30,718 nucleotides of DNA from Chthonomonadales bacterium (GTDB lineage: Bacteria; Armatimonadota; Chthonomonadetes; Chthonomonadales; Chthonomonadaceae), in NCBI GenBank assembly GCA_038217285.1, contig JBBQPO010000035.1, positions 1 through 30,718 on the forward strand. Reading direction: 5' to 3'. Under the pieces are notes generated by a model. The model saw only the letters and a program-made list of their open reading frames with translations. It was not told the DNA's origin and ran no database searches. Positions within the stretch are counted from its first letter, which is position 1. Each line of letters opens with the position of its first letter. Positions 10,887-24,000 of the stretch are shown here, one piece after another. A program made the position numbers and the translations under genes.

Positions 10887-10959
10887 CAGGGTGCGTTGAC
10901 AGCGATTGGATCCCCGCGTTGCTTTCTTCTTGCTATTGAAGCCAAAAAACCCCGCATTG

Positions 10960-11253
10960 TTAGCGCCGGTCGAGGACTTGGCGCAGGTACTGGCCGGTGT
11001 GGCTTTCGGGAATGGCGGCGATCTGCTCCGGGGTGCCAATGGCGACGACTTTGCCGCCGCTGTCTTCGGGACCCATGTCGATCAGCCAGTCGGCGGTCTT
11101 GATGACGTCCAGGTTGTGCTCGATCACCAGGACCGTGTTGCCGGAGGTGACCAGACGATTGAGGACGGCGATCAGCTTCTCGACGTCGGCGAAGTGCAGG
11201 CCGGTGGTCGGCCCATCCAGAACGTAGATCGTGTGGTCTGTGCTGCGATTGGC
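10960..11253 (-). pseudogene. uvrA: Duplicated, decaying 3' fragment of uvrA (97 codons plus stop)
   Basis: Translates to [97 protein letters not shown]. About 90% nt identity to 12104-12403 by hand. In-frame TGA at 11269-11271 and no upstream start. Confidence 0.95.
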
Positions 11254-11293
11254 GATTTGGACACGATTTCAAACATTTCGCTTGCCAAATCGC

Positions 11294-11701
11294 TTACGGA
11301 ATCACCTCGAAAGCACGTTTGTTCTGAAAGAGGTAGATGTAGAAATCGGCGTCCTGTGTGAAAATGCTCGGGTTGTTTAGTGCCTCTGCCGCCGCGACAA
11401 GGGAAGCATCTGCCAGATCCATAGGGCGGTCACGATAGCGTTCCATGAGTTCGATCATGCGTTGCGTTTCGGCTTCATCCGGAAAGTGAAAACGAATCAG
11501 GCCAAGGCGGACGTAGTCCCAGAGCTTGTTTTCAAGCGGCCACCCGCCGATTCCGAACACAAGATACATCGCTTCGGTAAAGGCAGGCCAGGTGGTGAGG
11601 AGGGGACGCGGAAGTGTATTGAAGAGAGAACGAAACTCTACGCTTCGGGACTGTCGCTTGTCTACCAAATTGACCATAGCATTGGCGTCGATCAGGCTCA
11701 C
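11294..11701 (-). CDS. vapC: PIN-domain toxin (VapC family)
   Basis: LIDAN, FTEAMYL, MDLADASLVAAAE and IFTQDADF; the acidic catalytic residues are present. GTGA overlap with the upstream gene. Confidence 0.92.
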   Translation of the reverse strand: MSLIDANAMVNLVDKRQSRSVEFRSLFNTLPRPLLTTWPAFTEAMYLVFGIGGWPLENKLWDYVRLGLIRFHFPDEAETQRMIELMERYRDRPMDLADASLVAAAEALNNPSIFTQDADFYIYLFQNKRAFEVIP

Positions 11702-12003
11702 TCCTGAAGCCCAATCTTGCGGTGTTTCTCATCGATCATAGCGGCGATACGTGCCTTTTGCTCATCCACATAGGTTCCGGAATGGCGCTCCATGGCGTCC
11801 GTTTCGGCGAACAGTTGATCTGTCAATGCCCGAAAGCGCGCTTGCTGTGCCTCATTCTTTAGAGTTTCCATCAGCATAACATCCTCCTGATTGACAAAAA
11901 CATGGACTTCGTCGCCAGTCTGTAGACCGAGTGTCTGCGCCTCATCTGGCAGTTCCAACGTCCGACTGTCTTTGACTCTGGCAGTATAGTGAACGATTGC
12001 CAT
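11698..12003 (-). CDS. Putative antitoxin with AbrB/MazE-like N-terminus
   Basis: YTARVKDSRTLELPDEAQTLGLQTGDEVHVFV swapped-hairpin pattern. Translationally coupled to the PIN gene; GGAGGTGAGG RBS before ATG 12003. Confidence 0.8.
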   Translation of the reverse strand: MAIVHYTARVKDSRTLELPDEAQTLGLQTGDEVHVFVNQEDVMLMETLKNEAQQARFRALTDQLFAETDAMERHSGTYVDEQKARIAAMIDEKHRKIGLQE

Positions 12004-12022
12004 CTTCCTCACCTCCGGGTGT

Positions 12023-12049
12023 CACTCTCATCATTATAACATAAGAGTG
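12023..12049 (-). promoter_or_regulatory. Extended -10 promoter and flanking inverted-repeat operator of the vapBC-like pair
   Basis: TGtTATAAT on the minus strand (TATAAT at 12038-12033), bracketed by CACTCTCAT / ATAAGAGTG (8/9 inverted repeat). Confidence 0.65.
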
Positions 12050-12103
12050 TGCGGGGCAAGCATCTCTTTTTTGGAGACTGGAGAGCCGCTTATGGTGGAT
12101 CGC

Positions 12104-15115
<3,012 letters not shown>

Positions 15116-15260
15116 TCCTGTTCGCTCGCCTTCCTGCGTATTGAGTTCGATACGTTGACAGGATTCTACCCGAAACGCCGCCTGCGAAAACAAGTAGACA
15201 CGGCCCGATTCTCGGCAGCCGCGCAATCTCCGGGAAACCGTCTGCGTTTCCCGCCGTCTA

Positions 15261-17912
15261 ATGGACGGGAATACTGGAAGTACGCGCACAGGAGAAAAAA
15301 AGTTGATAGGCAGATTCGGCAGAACAGGGATTGTGCAAGCGGGGATTGCCCTGGTGATGGCGACAGGTTTCGCCCCTGCACAGACCGTCGTTGGGGCGCA
15401 AACGTCGCCTGCGGCGAAGCCTCCGGCGATGGTCGGCTATATCGCGGCGGACAGCGCGCCGTACCGTCTCGAATGGACGGGTTCGGGCGGCACCTTTGTA
15501 CAGCATAAGTATGCGCAGGAGCCCGAAAAGCGCCTCCCCATGGACTATCTGCACACGCAGGCCGGGCCGACCGGATACTCGAAACATCTGGCCTGGTTTA
15601 TCACGCGGGACAACGACACTTTTAACATCCTCTGGCTCTATCTGGACGATGCCGGGACCGATTTCGGCTGCTGGCTCTATAAGTATCCGTCCAACCAACT
15701 GACCTACCTGCGATTTACCGGCAAGTACCGCTTCACACCGCCCGCTATGACGCCTGCTCCCAATCTGTTGGACGGCGTCCTGCTGCACCGTCCGCCGCGC
15801 TATATCGGCCCGGATTTCACGTTCCGCGACTGGACGCGTGAGAACGGCACACTCTCCCACCTCGCACTGTTCTTGCCGCCACCCGAGGGACCTGTGGTCG
15901 GCACGACCGCTGTCTCTCCCTCCGGAGCGCCGCCGAAAGCGCCGGATCGGGTTCTCAACTCCCTGCGGGTGCAGCCGCTGCATCAGATCCGTGTCGGGGA
16001 GGCCAACGGCTGGCGTAACGGCGGATGGCAGGAGCTGCACGGTCTGGCGTTCGATTCCGCCGATGATCCTTACTACCTCATTCTCTACTCCAACGAAACG
16101 ACGGGATTCGTGGTGGACATCAAGCATGCGCAGACCTACACCGCCAACTTCGGCGCCAAAGTGCAGTTCAGCGCGGACAATTCCGGCGCGCTGCAGAGCG
16201 ATCACAGTGAAGGTCAGGGTAACCTGCGCGTTCGCCGCTACGACTGGCACGATTTCGCGCTACACTCCACTCAGAAGCACGTCAACGCCTACACCGAGGT
16301 TAATCTCCTCGGCGAATTCGTCGGACCCAACGGCAAGAAAATCTTGATTCCCGGCTTCTGGGACAGCGGCAACCGTTGGAACCTGCGCTTCTCCCCCGGC
16401 CTCATCGGAGACTGGACCTGGCACGTTCGCTCCAACGATCCCGATTTGGAAGGACAGGGCGGCAGCTTCGAATGCGTGGCGCTAGACGGCAACGAGCGCG
16501 CCTTTTTCGGGGTACACCCCAATCGCTCTTATCGCCGCCATTTCGCTACCAGGGACGGCAAACCTGTCTTCCCAATGGCCCTGCACGATCCGGTGTTCAA
16601 TGCGACTCCGGAAGAACTTCGTGCCAATGGTTCCCAGCCCGCCGCCGCCGCTGAGGCCGAAGATGCGGCCATACCGGCCTCGTTTGCAGCGTTTCAGAAG
16701 CGTGTGAGCGCCTGGGCCTTTCGCGGCGTCAACCGCTTCGTAGGCGGATATTTACTCGATCATGACGGTTTCATGGCGAAGACGCAGGCAAACGAAGGCG
16801 GCCCGCCGTTTCTGGATAGCAACCTCGACCGCCCCAACCCGGAGTTCTTCCACTGGATGGACCGGCGAATCGCGTACTGCATCGAGCATGGGATTGTGCC
16901 GGACATCGGCCTGGGCTGGCCTTCCGGAGGGATGTTTCAGAACTATACCGATGTACAGTTGCGCCGCTTGTGGCTCTCCGTACTGGCCCGCTATGCCTCT
17001 ATGGATGTCTCCTGGAATCTGTTCGGTTACGATGGACAGCCGCTGCCTGCCGCAACCGAAAACCGAATTACCGCCTTCGCCGAGCTTACGCATCTCTACG
17101 ACCCCGGTCATCACGCCCTGACGGTCATGCAGAGGGGGCCGGTCGGCCTGGAATATAGGATCATCGAGGACGCGCACGCCCTCGGTGCAGCGGGGCAAAA
17201 GCTGCCTCCCGTGGCGGTTCCGGCCGGCCCACCGCTAATACCGACTGGAGACTATCCGTGGCTCGACTATCTGACGCTGGTCGGCGGCAACGGCAGATCT
17301 TTGGATCCTTTTGCAGATCTGGACAAACCCATCGTGGTATGGGAAGACAATGGCCTTCCAGGCAAACGCGAAGCTATCTCTCCCGACATCACACGACGCT
17401 GGCTCTGGGAGACACGGATGCGGGGGGGATACTGGGTCGGCAGCGCGAACAGCGCCGCCGCCGCCGACGATCCGGATGTCAAAATGGCGCTGGACTGTGC
17501 GAAGTTCTTCCGCCAAACGAAATGGTGGCGTCTGGAAGCGCATCCGGAGATGCTGACCGGCAAAGAGGAGACACCCGCAGAGCGGCGCCAGCGTAAGAAG
17601 ATCGAAGAAGCGGCGCTCAAAGCCGCAGGGGTGGGGCAGTCTCCGGATCCTGCTCTGCCTCCGGGCGTCGCGAAGAAACCCTCCGGGCCGCTGTTCCTGC
17701 TCGCCGATCCGGGGCGAGCGTATGTCGCCTATCTGGAACGGGGCGGTTTTATTACGCTCGACCTGCTCGAGATGCCAGGCCATATCAAGTTCATCTGGTT
17801 CAATCCCCGTACCGGAAAGTCGGAGGAGCAGCCCGTCCTGCAAGGCGGCGACTACACCACCTTTGTCGCCCCGGACAACGACGACTGGGTGCTCTACCTC
17901 TCACGCCACTGA
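15261..17912 (+). CDS. Secreted DUF5060/DUF4038 (apiosidase-like) protein with C-terminal collagen-binding-like domain and long N-terminal extension
   Basis: Signal-peptide-like N-terminus; GFWDSG..W.LRFSP...GDWTW (DUF5060); HF...DGKP.F and PNPEFF..MDRRI (DUF4038); WFNPRTG...APD.DDWVL at the C-terminus. Start uncertain. Confidence 0.75.
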   Translation: MDGNTGSTRTGEKKLIGRFGRTGIVQAGIALVMATGFAPAQTVVGAQTSPAAKPPAMVGYIAADSAPYRLEWTGSGGTFVQHKYAQEPEKRLPMDYLHTQAGPTGYSKHLAWFITRDNDTFNILWLYLDDAGTDFGCWLYKYPSNQLTYLRFTGKYRFTPPAMTPAPNLLDGVLLHRPPRYIGPDFTFRDWTRENGTLSHLALFLPPPEGPVVGTTAVSPSGAPPKAPDRVLNSLRVQPLHQIRVGEANGWRNGGWQELHGLAFDSADDPYYLILYSNETTGFVVDIKHAQTYTANFGAKVQFSADNSGALQSDHSEGQGNLRVRRYDWHDFALHSTQKHVNAYTEVNLLGEFVGPNGKKILIPGFWDSGNRWNLRFSPGLIGDWTWHVRSNDPDLEGQGGSFECVALDGNERAFFGVHPNRSYRRHFATRDGKPVFPMALHDPVFNATPEELRANGSQPAAAAEAEDAAIPASFAAFQKRVSAWAFRGVNRFVGGYLLDHDGFMAKTQANEGGPPFLDSNLDRPNPEFFHWMDRRIAYCIEHGIVPDIGLGWPSGGMFQNYTDVQLRRLWLSVLARYASMDVSWNLFGYDGQPLPAATENRITAFAELTHLYDPGHHALTVMQRGPVGLEYRIIEDAHALGAAGQKLPPVAVPAGPPLIPTGDYPWLDYLTLVGGNGRSLDPFADLDKPIVVWEDNGLPGKREAISPDITRRWLWETRMRGGYWVGSANSAAAADDPDVKMALDCAKFFRQTKWWRLEAHPEMLTGKEETPAERRQRKKIEEAALKAAGVGQSPDPALPPGVAKKPSGPLFLLADPGRAYVAYLERGGFITLDLLEMPGHIKFIWFNPRTGKSEEQPVLQGGDYTTFVAPDNDDWVLYLSRH

Positions 17913-17947
17913 GCGGTCGCACCACTTGCATTCAGAAACGCGCCGAC

Positions 17948-17981
17948 GGTCCCGTCTTCCGCTAGGAGGCGGGACCACTTT
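17948..17981 (+). terminator. Probable intrinsic terminator
   Basis: Stem GGTCCCGTCTTCC / GGAGGCGGGACC followed by ACTTT. Confidence 0.55.
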
Positions 17982-18096
17982 CCGCGACGGTTCTGAGGGC
18001 AAGGTGCCGCCTGAGAACTCTCTCTGGTCAAAATACGCGATTTGTGATATGATAGACTGTTAGAATCTGGGCGCTGCGAGTACGACAAGAGGCACT

Positions 18097-19899
18097 ATGG
18101 CGACGAGCGTGGAACAACTGAAACCCGGAACACTGCTCAACGGACGCTATCAGATCACGCGTCCGCTGGGCCGCGGTGGTATGGGCACCGTGTTTCTGGC
18201 GGAGCATCTCCAGTTGCAGTCTATCCTCGCGATCAAAGAGGTATGCAGTCCGGGGCAGTCGGAAGGGGAGCAGCAGGCGGCGCTGGAGCAGTACCAGCGT
18301 GAGGCGCGTTTTCTGGTTCATCTTGACCATCCCAACCTGCCGAAAGTGACGGACGCGTTTGTCGAGAACGACCGTTTCTATCTGGTCATGGAGTACATCG
18401 AGGGCGTCACGCTGGAGGCGCGGCTCAAAGAGCGGGCCGGACGTCCGCTGCCGGTGATTCAGGTGATCGAGTGGGGTCTGCAGATCGCCGATGTGCTGGC
18501 CTATCTCCACAACCAGAACCCGCCTATCATCTTTCGGGATCTGAAGCCTGCCAACGTGATGGTCAAGCCCGACAACACCATTCGCCTGATCGATTTCGGG
18601 ATCGCCCGCCGTTTTCAGTTGGGCGCGGTACAGGACACCTCGCTCTTCGGAAGCGTCGGTTATTCGCCCCCCGAACAGTTCGGACGGCAGCAGACCGATG
18701 CCCGCTCCGACATCTATGCGTTCGGAGTCACCCTCCATCAGATGCTTACCGGGATCGACCCTTCGATACAGCCGTTCAAGTTTGTCCCTGTTTCGAATGT
18801 GAACTCCTCTGTGCCCGAACTGCTCTCTAAATTGATTCAACAGTGCCTCGCCATGGAAGCCGACACGCGTCCGGCCGATATTCATCAGGTGGCAATGGGG
18901 CTGGTGGCGGCGCGCGAGCTGATCAGCGCTCTGGAGCCCGAGGCGCTGGACGAGGCCAATAGGCCCCTTTCGCCCGACGCCATGAATGCTCCGATCGCGC
19001 CAGGCCGCAGCGGTTCCGGGCCGTCCGGTTCCGGCAGCGGCCCCCGGATTATCTCCGCCAAACTGGCAGAGGCGGAAGCGGAGCGACGGCGCAGCGGCAG
19101 CCAGGAGATTCCACGCGGCAACGCTGGAAATGTGGTCGCTCGGGCCGCCGGGTCGGCGCGCGCAGTCGTCGCAGCGAAACCTTCCCAAACACGTAATCCC
19201 GCGCTCCTGGTCGGTGGGCTTCTGCTGCTCCTTGCGGTCGCCGGAATGGGCTATGTTCTGACGCATCCACATCACGATATCGTGCCTGCTGTCCGCCCTG
19301 CGGCGCCGCTGCCTACCTCCCCACTGGGGGCCAACCCGCAGCCGATCACGCCTCCGGTCGGGAATAGTGCAGGCGGCGGCTCCGACAGTGATAACAGTCA
19401 TGTGGTAATGGGCAAACTCCAGGTCGTCTCGGCCAATCTGGTCGTCCTGTCTGACAAGACGATGGCGCTCAGACTTACCATGAAGGGCGAAGTCACCGGC
19501 GGCCATATGTCGGAGATTAGCCTGAGTGGGCAGTTTACGGATAACAACGGTACGGCTATTCCTGCGGTACACAGTTCCTCTGCCTTCAATGGAGGCGGCG
19601 TCATCATTATCCCGGATACGCCCGTTGTGGGAGACGCTTTCGAAAAACAACTGGATATTCCTCTCCCCGAATTTCCCCCGACGGCTCTGGCTAGCACCGT
19701 GAAGTTCAACGGCTCGGCGAAGATCGACGGCCGACTCTTGAAGGATGCCGAACCATTTGCGATACCGACCACGCTCTTTGCCCCCTACCTGGCGAAGCTA
19801 CCGGAGGGCACGGCCATTTCGCCTCCGGAACCGCCGAAATCCCATAAGAACGGCGGCAGCCTGGGTTTCGACAGTTTTCATGGCAACAGCGGCCAGTAG
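18097..19899 (+). CDS. Hanks-type Ser/Thr protein kinase with TM helix and extracytoplasmic domain
   Basis: GRGGMG, AIKE, FRDLKPAN, DFG, GYSPPE and SDIYAFG; TM segment LLVGGLLLLLAVAGMGYVL. Confidence 0.96.
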   Translation: MATSVEQLKPGTLLNGRYQITRPLGRGGMGTVFLAEHLQLQSILAIKEVCSPGQSEGEQQAALEQYQREARFLVHLDHPNLPKVTDAFVENDRFYLVMEYIEGVTLEARLKERAGRPLPVIQVIEWGLQIADVLAYLHNQNPPIIFRDLKPANVMVKPDNTIRLIDFGIARRFQLGAVQDTSLFGSVGYSPPEQFGRQQTDARSDIYAFGVTLHQMLTGIDPSIQPFKFVPVSNVNSSVPELLSKLIQQCLAMEADTRPADIHQVAMGLVAARELISALEPEALDEANRPLSPDAMNAPIAPGRSGSGPSGSGSGPRIISAKLAEAEAERRRSGSQEIPRGNAGNVVARAAGSARAVVAAKPSQTRNPALLVGGLLLLLAVAGMGYVLTHPHHDIVPAVRPAAPLPTSPLGANPQPITPPVGNSAGGGSDSDNSHVVMGKLQVVSANLVVLSDKTMALRLTMKGEVTGGHMSEISLSGQFTDNNGTAIPAVHSSSAFNGGGVIIIPDTPVVGDAFEKQLDIPLPEFPPTALASTVKFNGSAKIDGRLLKDAEPFAIPTTLFAPYLAKLPEGTAISPPEPPKSHKNGGSLGFDSFHGNSGQ

Positions 19900-20040
19900 T
19901 CCCGTACAGAGAGGCTGTCATTCCTCTTCGCTGGGTCCTTTGGCCCTTGTCGGTAGGCTCCAAATCGGGTTATACTGAGGGAAACAACGAGAAGCACGGT
20001 CGCGGAACGCTGCACGACCGGTGGCGACAAGGAGCAAGCG

Positions 20041-21852
20041 ATGAGTCGGCGGACCCTGTATCGGATGTTTGAAGAGACGGCGCGGCTGCACGGCGGCGCG
20101 GCGGCGGTCGGGTTTCGTGTCGGCAAGGCGGCTGAACTCACCTGCTGGACCTACACCGAGTTGGCGCAAAAAGTGAAACAGTTTCGGCGCGGCCTGGATG
20201 CGATGGGGCTAAGCAAAGGCGACCGGATCGCGATTCTTGCCGAAAACCGGGTCGAGTGGGCCATCGTCGATCTCGCCGCACAGGCACTCGGGCTCATCAA
20301 TGTCGCTCCCTACGCCTCTCTGCCAACGGCGCAGGTGGCGTATATCGTCCGGGATTCTGGCGCGAAAATGCTCGTCCTCTCGGATGCCAAGCAGATCAAG
20401 AAGGTGCGGGAGTTTCGGGCAGACTGTCCGGAGCTGCAGTACGTCGTCGCGATGGATGGAGAAGCGGAGGCTCTGGCGGTCGACAACGTTCTGCCCTTCG
20501 TGGAGGTCACCGAGCGCGGGGAGACGGCGGGTCGGGACGAGGCGACATTGGACCAGATCGCGCGCGATGTGGACCCCGATGCCCCGGCTATGTTCATCTA
20601 CACGTCCGGCACAACGGGCGATCCCAAAGGCGCGATGCTGTCGCATATGGCGATGCTCCAGACCCCGGACGCGGTCATGGACGAGCCTATCGCCGCCGTC
20701 GGACCGGGAGATCAGTTTCTGTCGTTTCTGCCGTTGAGCCATATCACCGAGCGCGTCGGCGGCTACTATCTGCCACTGCGTGCGGGAGCCTGCATCGTCT
20801 ATTCTCAGGGTCTTTCCAGCATCGGGGAAGAGATCACGACCACCGTTCGCCCCCATATCATGCTCTGTGTGCCGCGTATCTTCGAGAACATCTACGACAA
20901 GTTCAAAGACAGCATGGCGAAGATGGAGCCGAAGATGCGGGGCAAAGTGGAGTGGGGGCTGAAGGTCGGCACCGCGGTGGCAGAGCGGCGTTCGGAAGGC
21001 AAAGGTCCGGGTCTGGTGCTGGGCGTCCAGTATGCGATCGCGGCAAAAATCATCCTGCCGAAGCTGCGCGAGAAAGTGACCGGCGGCCGCATCCGGTTCT
21101 TCGTCTCCGGCGGCGCGCCTCTGGATCGCGAGACTGCCACCTTCTTCCTGGCCATAGGCGTGCAGATTCTGGAAGGGTACGGCCTCTCCGAAACCAACAT
21201 CATCACGCTCAACCGTCCAGGCAAACAGCGGATCGGTTCGGTTGGCAAACTGCTGCAAAACGCGGAGGTCAAGATCGCAGCGGACGGCGAAATCATGATG
21301 CGCGGGCAGGGGCGGATGTCGGGCTACTTCAACAAACCGGAAGCGACCCAGGAAGCGTTAGACGCGGAGGGTTGGTTCCATACCGGTGACATCGGCGAGC
21401 TCTCGTCGGACGGTTTCCTGAAGATCACGGATCGTAAGAAAGACCTGATCGTCTTGACCAACGGCAAGAAGGTCGCGCCACAGCCGATCGAAGCGACCCT
21501 TAAACAGAGCGCCTATATCGGAGAGGCCGTGCTGTTCGGGGACAAACAGTCGACGATCAGTGCGCTCCTGGTTCCGAACTTCGGTCGCCTGCTGGAGTGG
21601 GCGAAAGCGCAGGATCTGCCGGTCAACGATGTCGCTGGCCTTGTCGCTTCCCCCGAAGTGCAGAAGTTGCTCAAAGCGGAAGTGGACCGGGAGACTCGCG
21701 GCCTCGCCGACTACGAAAAGATCAAAAGGTTCCGCGTCCTCGACAAACCGTTCGGCATCGAATCCGGGGAGCTGACGCCGACCCTCAAGGTCAAGCGCAA
21801 GTTCGTGGCGCAAAAATACGCTGATGTTCTGGCCGGTATGAGTCGTGCTTGA
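20041..21852 (+). CDS. Long-chain fatty acid-CoA ligase (AMP-dependent synthetase)
   Basis: YTSGTTGDPKG, FLPLSH, EGYGLSET, WFHTGDIG and ELTPTLKVKR; AAGGAG RBS. Confidence 0.95.
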   Translation: MSRRTLYRMFEETARLHGGAAAVGFRVGKAAELTCWTYTELAQKVKQFRRGLDAMGLSKGDRIAILAENRVEWAIVDLAAQALGLINVAPYASLPTAQVAYIVRDSGAKMLVLSDAKQIKKVREFRADCPELQYVVAMDGEAEALAVDNVLPFVEVTERGETAGRDEATLDQIARDVDPDAPAMFIYTSGTTGDPKGAMLSHMAMLQTPDAVMDEPIAAVGPGDQFLSFLPLSHITERVGGYYLPLRAGACIVYSQGLSSIGEEITTTVRPHIMLCVPRIFENIYDKFKDSMAKMEPKMRGKVEWGLKVGTAVAERRSEGKGPGLVLGVQYAIAAKIILPKLREKVTGGRIRFFVSGGAPLDRETATFFLAIGVQILEGYGLSETNIITLNRPGKQRIGSVGKLLQNAEVKIAADGEIMMRGQGRMSGYFNKPEATQEALDAEGWFHTGDIGELSSDGFLKITDRKKDLIVLTNGKKVAPQPIEATLKQSAYIGEAVLFGDKQSTISALLVPNFGRLLEWAKAQDLPVNDVAGLVASPEVQKLLKAEVDRETRGLADYEKIKRFRVLDKPFGIESGELTPTLKVKRKFVAQKYADVLAGMSRA

Positions 21853-21859
21853 TGTTGAT

Positions 21860-22087
21860 TCATGTCCAGTCTCGCAGCGGGAGGCCGTCGCTGTCTTTGA
21901 ATCTGCCGAGGACAAGCAGGATGAGGTCCACCAGCCAGCCGAGGCCGAACATGCCGCCGGTCAGGAGCCAGAGGATACCGGTTCCGATCTTCCCGACATA
22001 GAAGCGGTGCAGACCCAGCCCGCCGAGGAAGAAGCAGAGCAGAAATGCAATCAGTATTTTGCGGTCGGAAACATAGCCAAAACGCAT
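21860..22087 (-). CDS. TM2-domain membrane protein
   Basis: [37 protein letters not shown] motif. ATG 22087 follows a GGAGG RBS. Confidence 0.92.
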   Translation of the reverse strand: MRFGYVSDRKILIAFLLCFFLGGLGLHRFYVGKIGTGILWLLTGGMFGLGWLVDLILLVLGRFKDSDGLPLRDWT

Positions 22088-22229
22088 CGGTTGCCCTCCA
22101 AAACCAGGTTCGCCGCGTCGGACAAACCCTGAACTATCTCCACCATTCACTACGCAGTGGACGGAGGGCGGTTTCGGGAAACCTTCACGGGACAGGGTCG
22201 AGGAAACAAAACAGGGTTCGGAGTTCAGG

Positions 22230-23105
22230 TTGGATCTCTCCATCGTCATTGTCAGTTACAACACCTGCGGTATGCTGCGCGACTGTCTGAACGCCCTGCC
22301 CGCCGCGACGAAAGGGCTTGTCACCGAGACCTTCGTCGTCGACAACAACTCCCCGGACGGCAGCGCGGCTATGGTCGCGGCGGAGTTTCCTCACATTCAT
22401 CTCACGGCCAGTACCGAGAACAACGGCTTTACCAGGGGCAACAATATGGCCCTGCGACATGTCGTCGGGCGTAACGTCCTCCTGCTCAACCCCGATACCG
22501 AGGCCGCGCCCCATTCGCTGACGCTGCTGGCACGCTATCTCGACACCCACCCGGACGTCGGCGCGGTTGGGCCAAAGCTCCTCAACACGGACGGCTCTCT
22601 CCAACCCAGCGGCATCCCTCTGCCGACCCCGTGGCGCGATTTTCTCGGGCATACCGGCCTGTGGAGGCTAAGGCCCGGACTTTCGGCGCGAATGTGGCAG
22701 TACGGACGCGAGGACTTTGAACAGGAGTGGGAGACCGACAGTGTGACGGGCGCTTGCCTGATGACCCGTAAGGCCGTTCTGGATGAGGTCGGGCTGCTGG
22801 AAGAGGCGTTCTTCATGTTTTATGAGGAGGTGGAGTTGTGCTGGCGCATCCGCCGCGCGGGTCTTAAGGTCGTGTTTCTGCCGCAGTCCCAGGTGGTGCA
22901 TCACTGGATGGGCAGCGTTCGCCAGCAGAACAAGGCCATGACCCGCCGTCTCTTTCAGAGCATGGCGATCTACTACCGCAAGACGATAGGATGGCGAGGG
23001 GTCGTCGTCTATCCTATCATATGGTACGGCCTCCTCAAGAACGAGCTTCTGTATCTAGGCGTCGCGGTGAAACGCCGCCTGCGTGCGGCGAAATTGATTC
23101 GCTAG
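22230..23105 (+). CDS. Family 2 glycosyltransferase (WbbL-like)
   Basis: [33 protein letters not shown] and [11 protein letters not shown]. Confidence 0.93.
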   Translation: MDLSIVIVSYNTCGMLRDCLNALPAATKGLVTETFVVDNNSPDGSAAMVAAEFPHIHLTASTENNGFTRGNNMALRHVVGRNVLLLNPDTEAAPHSLTLLARYLDTHPDVGAVGPKLLNTDGSLQPSGIPLPTPWRDFLGHTGLWRLRPGLSARMWQYGREDFEQEWETDSVTGACLMTRKAVLDEVGLLEEAFFMFYEEVELCWRIRRAGLKVVFLPQSQVVHHWMGSVRQQNKAMTRRLFQSMAIYYRKTIGWRGVVVYPIIWYGLLKNELLYLGVAVKRRLRAAKLIR

Positions 23106-23121
23106 ATTCCCCAGTCAGTTC

Positions 23122-23985
23122 TCAGTAGTCCACCGGGCGCAGGTAGTAGTCGTTAATGGAGGTGGAGGAGAGCATGGCGACGGTCGGGAGGTGGCGTTTC
23201 CAGTGCGTCGAGTCGAGGCGGCGCTTGACGATAGCGACTTCCGCCTCCGGAAATCCCATCTCGATCAGCCGCAATGCCGTGAAGCCGCGCAGCAGATAGC
23301 ACAGGATGCGGTCGGCTTTGGGATAGGAGATACCGAAGTCGCCCTCGTCGGTCTGTCCGACGATCAGGTCGGCTGAGGCGGGCTTGTTCACGATGACGTC
23401 CGGCACACCAATATATTTGGAGAGGGCCCAGACTTGCGTCTTGTAGAGGTCGCCGAGCGGATTGACCGGCGGGGAGTCGTCGGCGTGCCAGGTGAAGTAG
23501 CCGAACAGCCGCTCGGTCTTGTTGCCGGTGCCGACCGGGAGCGTACCGAGTTTTTGGCTCTGGTCGAAGAGGATGATCATACGGACACGGGCCATGACGT
23601 TGCCGCGTCGGCGGCCATCGGCCTCCGGGCAGAGGTTCAGGTAGCCGTCGGCGGCGTCGGTGATCTCTATCGTCTCCATGTTGATGCCGGTGGCCTTCGC
23701 GACGAGGGCGGCGTGGTCGAGGCTGTCCTGCGAGGAGGTCCGGTAGGGCATGCGGATGCCATAGACGTTTTCCGGGCCGAGTGCGCGGGCGAGCAGAAAG
23801 GCGACAAGCGACGAATCGACGCCGCCGGAGAGCCCGACGACCGCCTTGCTAAAGCCGCGCCGCCGCACGATTTCGTCGCGCAGAAACGCGATGAGCCACT
23901 CCGTCAGCAGCGGCTCATTGACGTTCAGATTGTCGTCGGCCTCTGCGGCGAGAGGGCGGGCGCGCAGAATGGGTAATCGGTTCAA
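23122..23985 (-). CDS. nadE: NAD+ synthetase, synthetase-only subunit
   Basis: GLSGGVDSS, GNVMARVRM, GTGNKTE, PLGDLYKTQV and KPASADL..GQTDE; TTG start with AGGAG RBS. Confidence 0.96.
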   Translation of the reverse strand: MNRLPILRARPLAAEADDNLNVNEPLLTEWLIAFLRDEIVRRRGFSKAVVGLSGGVDSSLVAFLLARALGPENVYGIRMPYRTSSQDSLDHAALVAKATGINMETIEITDAADGYLNLCPEADGRRRGNVMARVRMIILFDQSQKLGTLPVGTGNKTERLFGYFTWHADDSPPVNPLGDLYKTQVWALSKYIGVPDVIVNKPASADLIVGQTDEGDFGISYPKADRILCYLLRGFTALRLIEMGFPEAEVAIVKRRLDSTHWKRHLPTVAMLSSTSINDYYLRPVDY

Positions 23986-24000
23986 GGTGGGCGCTCCTAT

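Noticed and set aside
10826-11361. ORFs of 148 aa (-) and 151 aa (+) over the uvrA remnant
   Set aside because: Out-of-frame or antisense readings of the duplicated uvrA tail.
10086-12103. Integron/attC or prophage explanation for the TA cluster
   Set aside because: No integrase, no attC core sites and no phage genes. The repeats are uvrA coding sequence.
15116-15260. SOS box upstream of uvrA
   Set aside because: No GAAC-N4-GTTC or CTGT-N8-ACAG match found by eye; only a TAGAAT -10-like hexamer.
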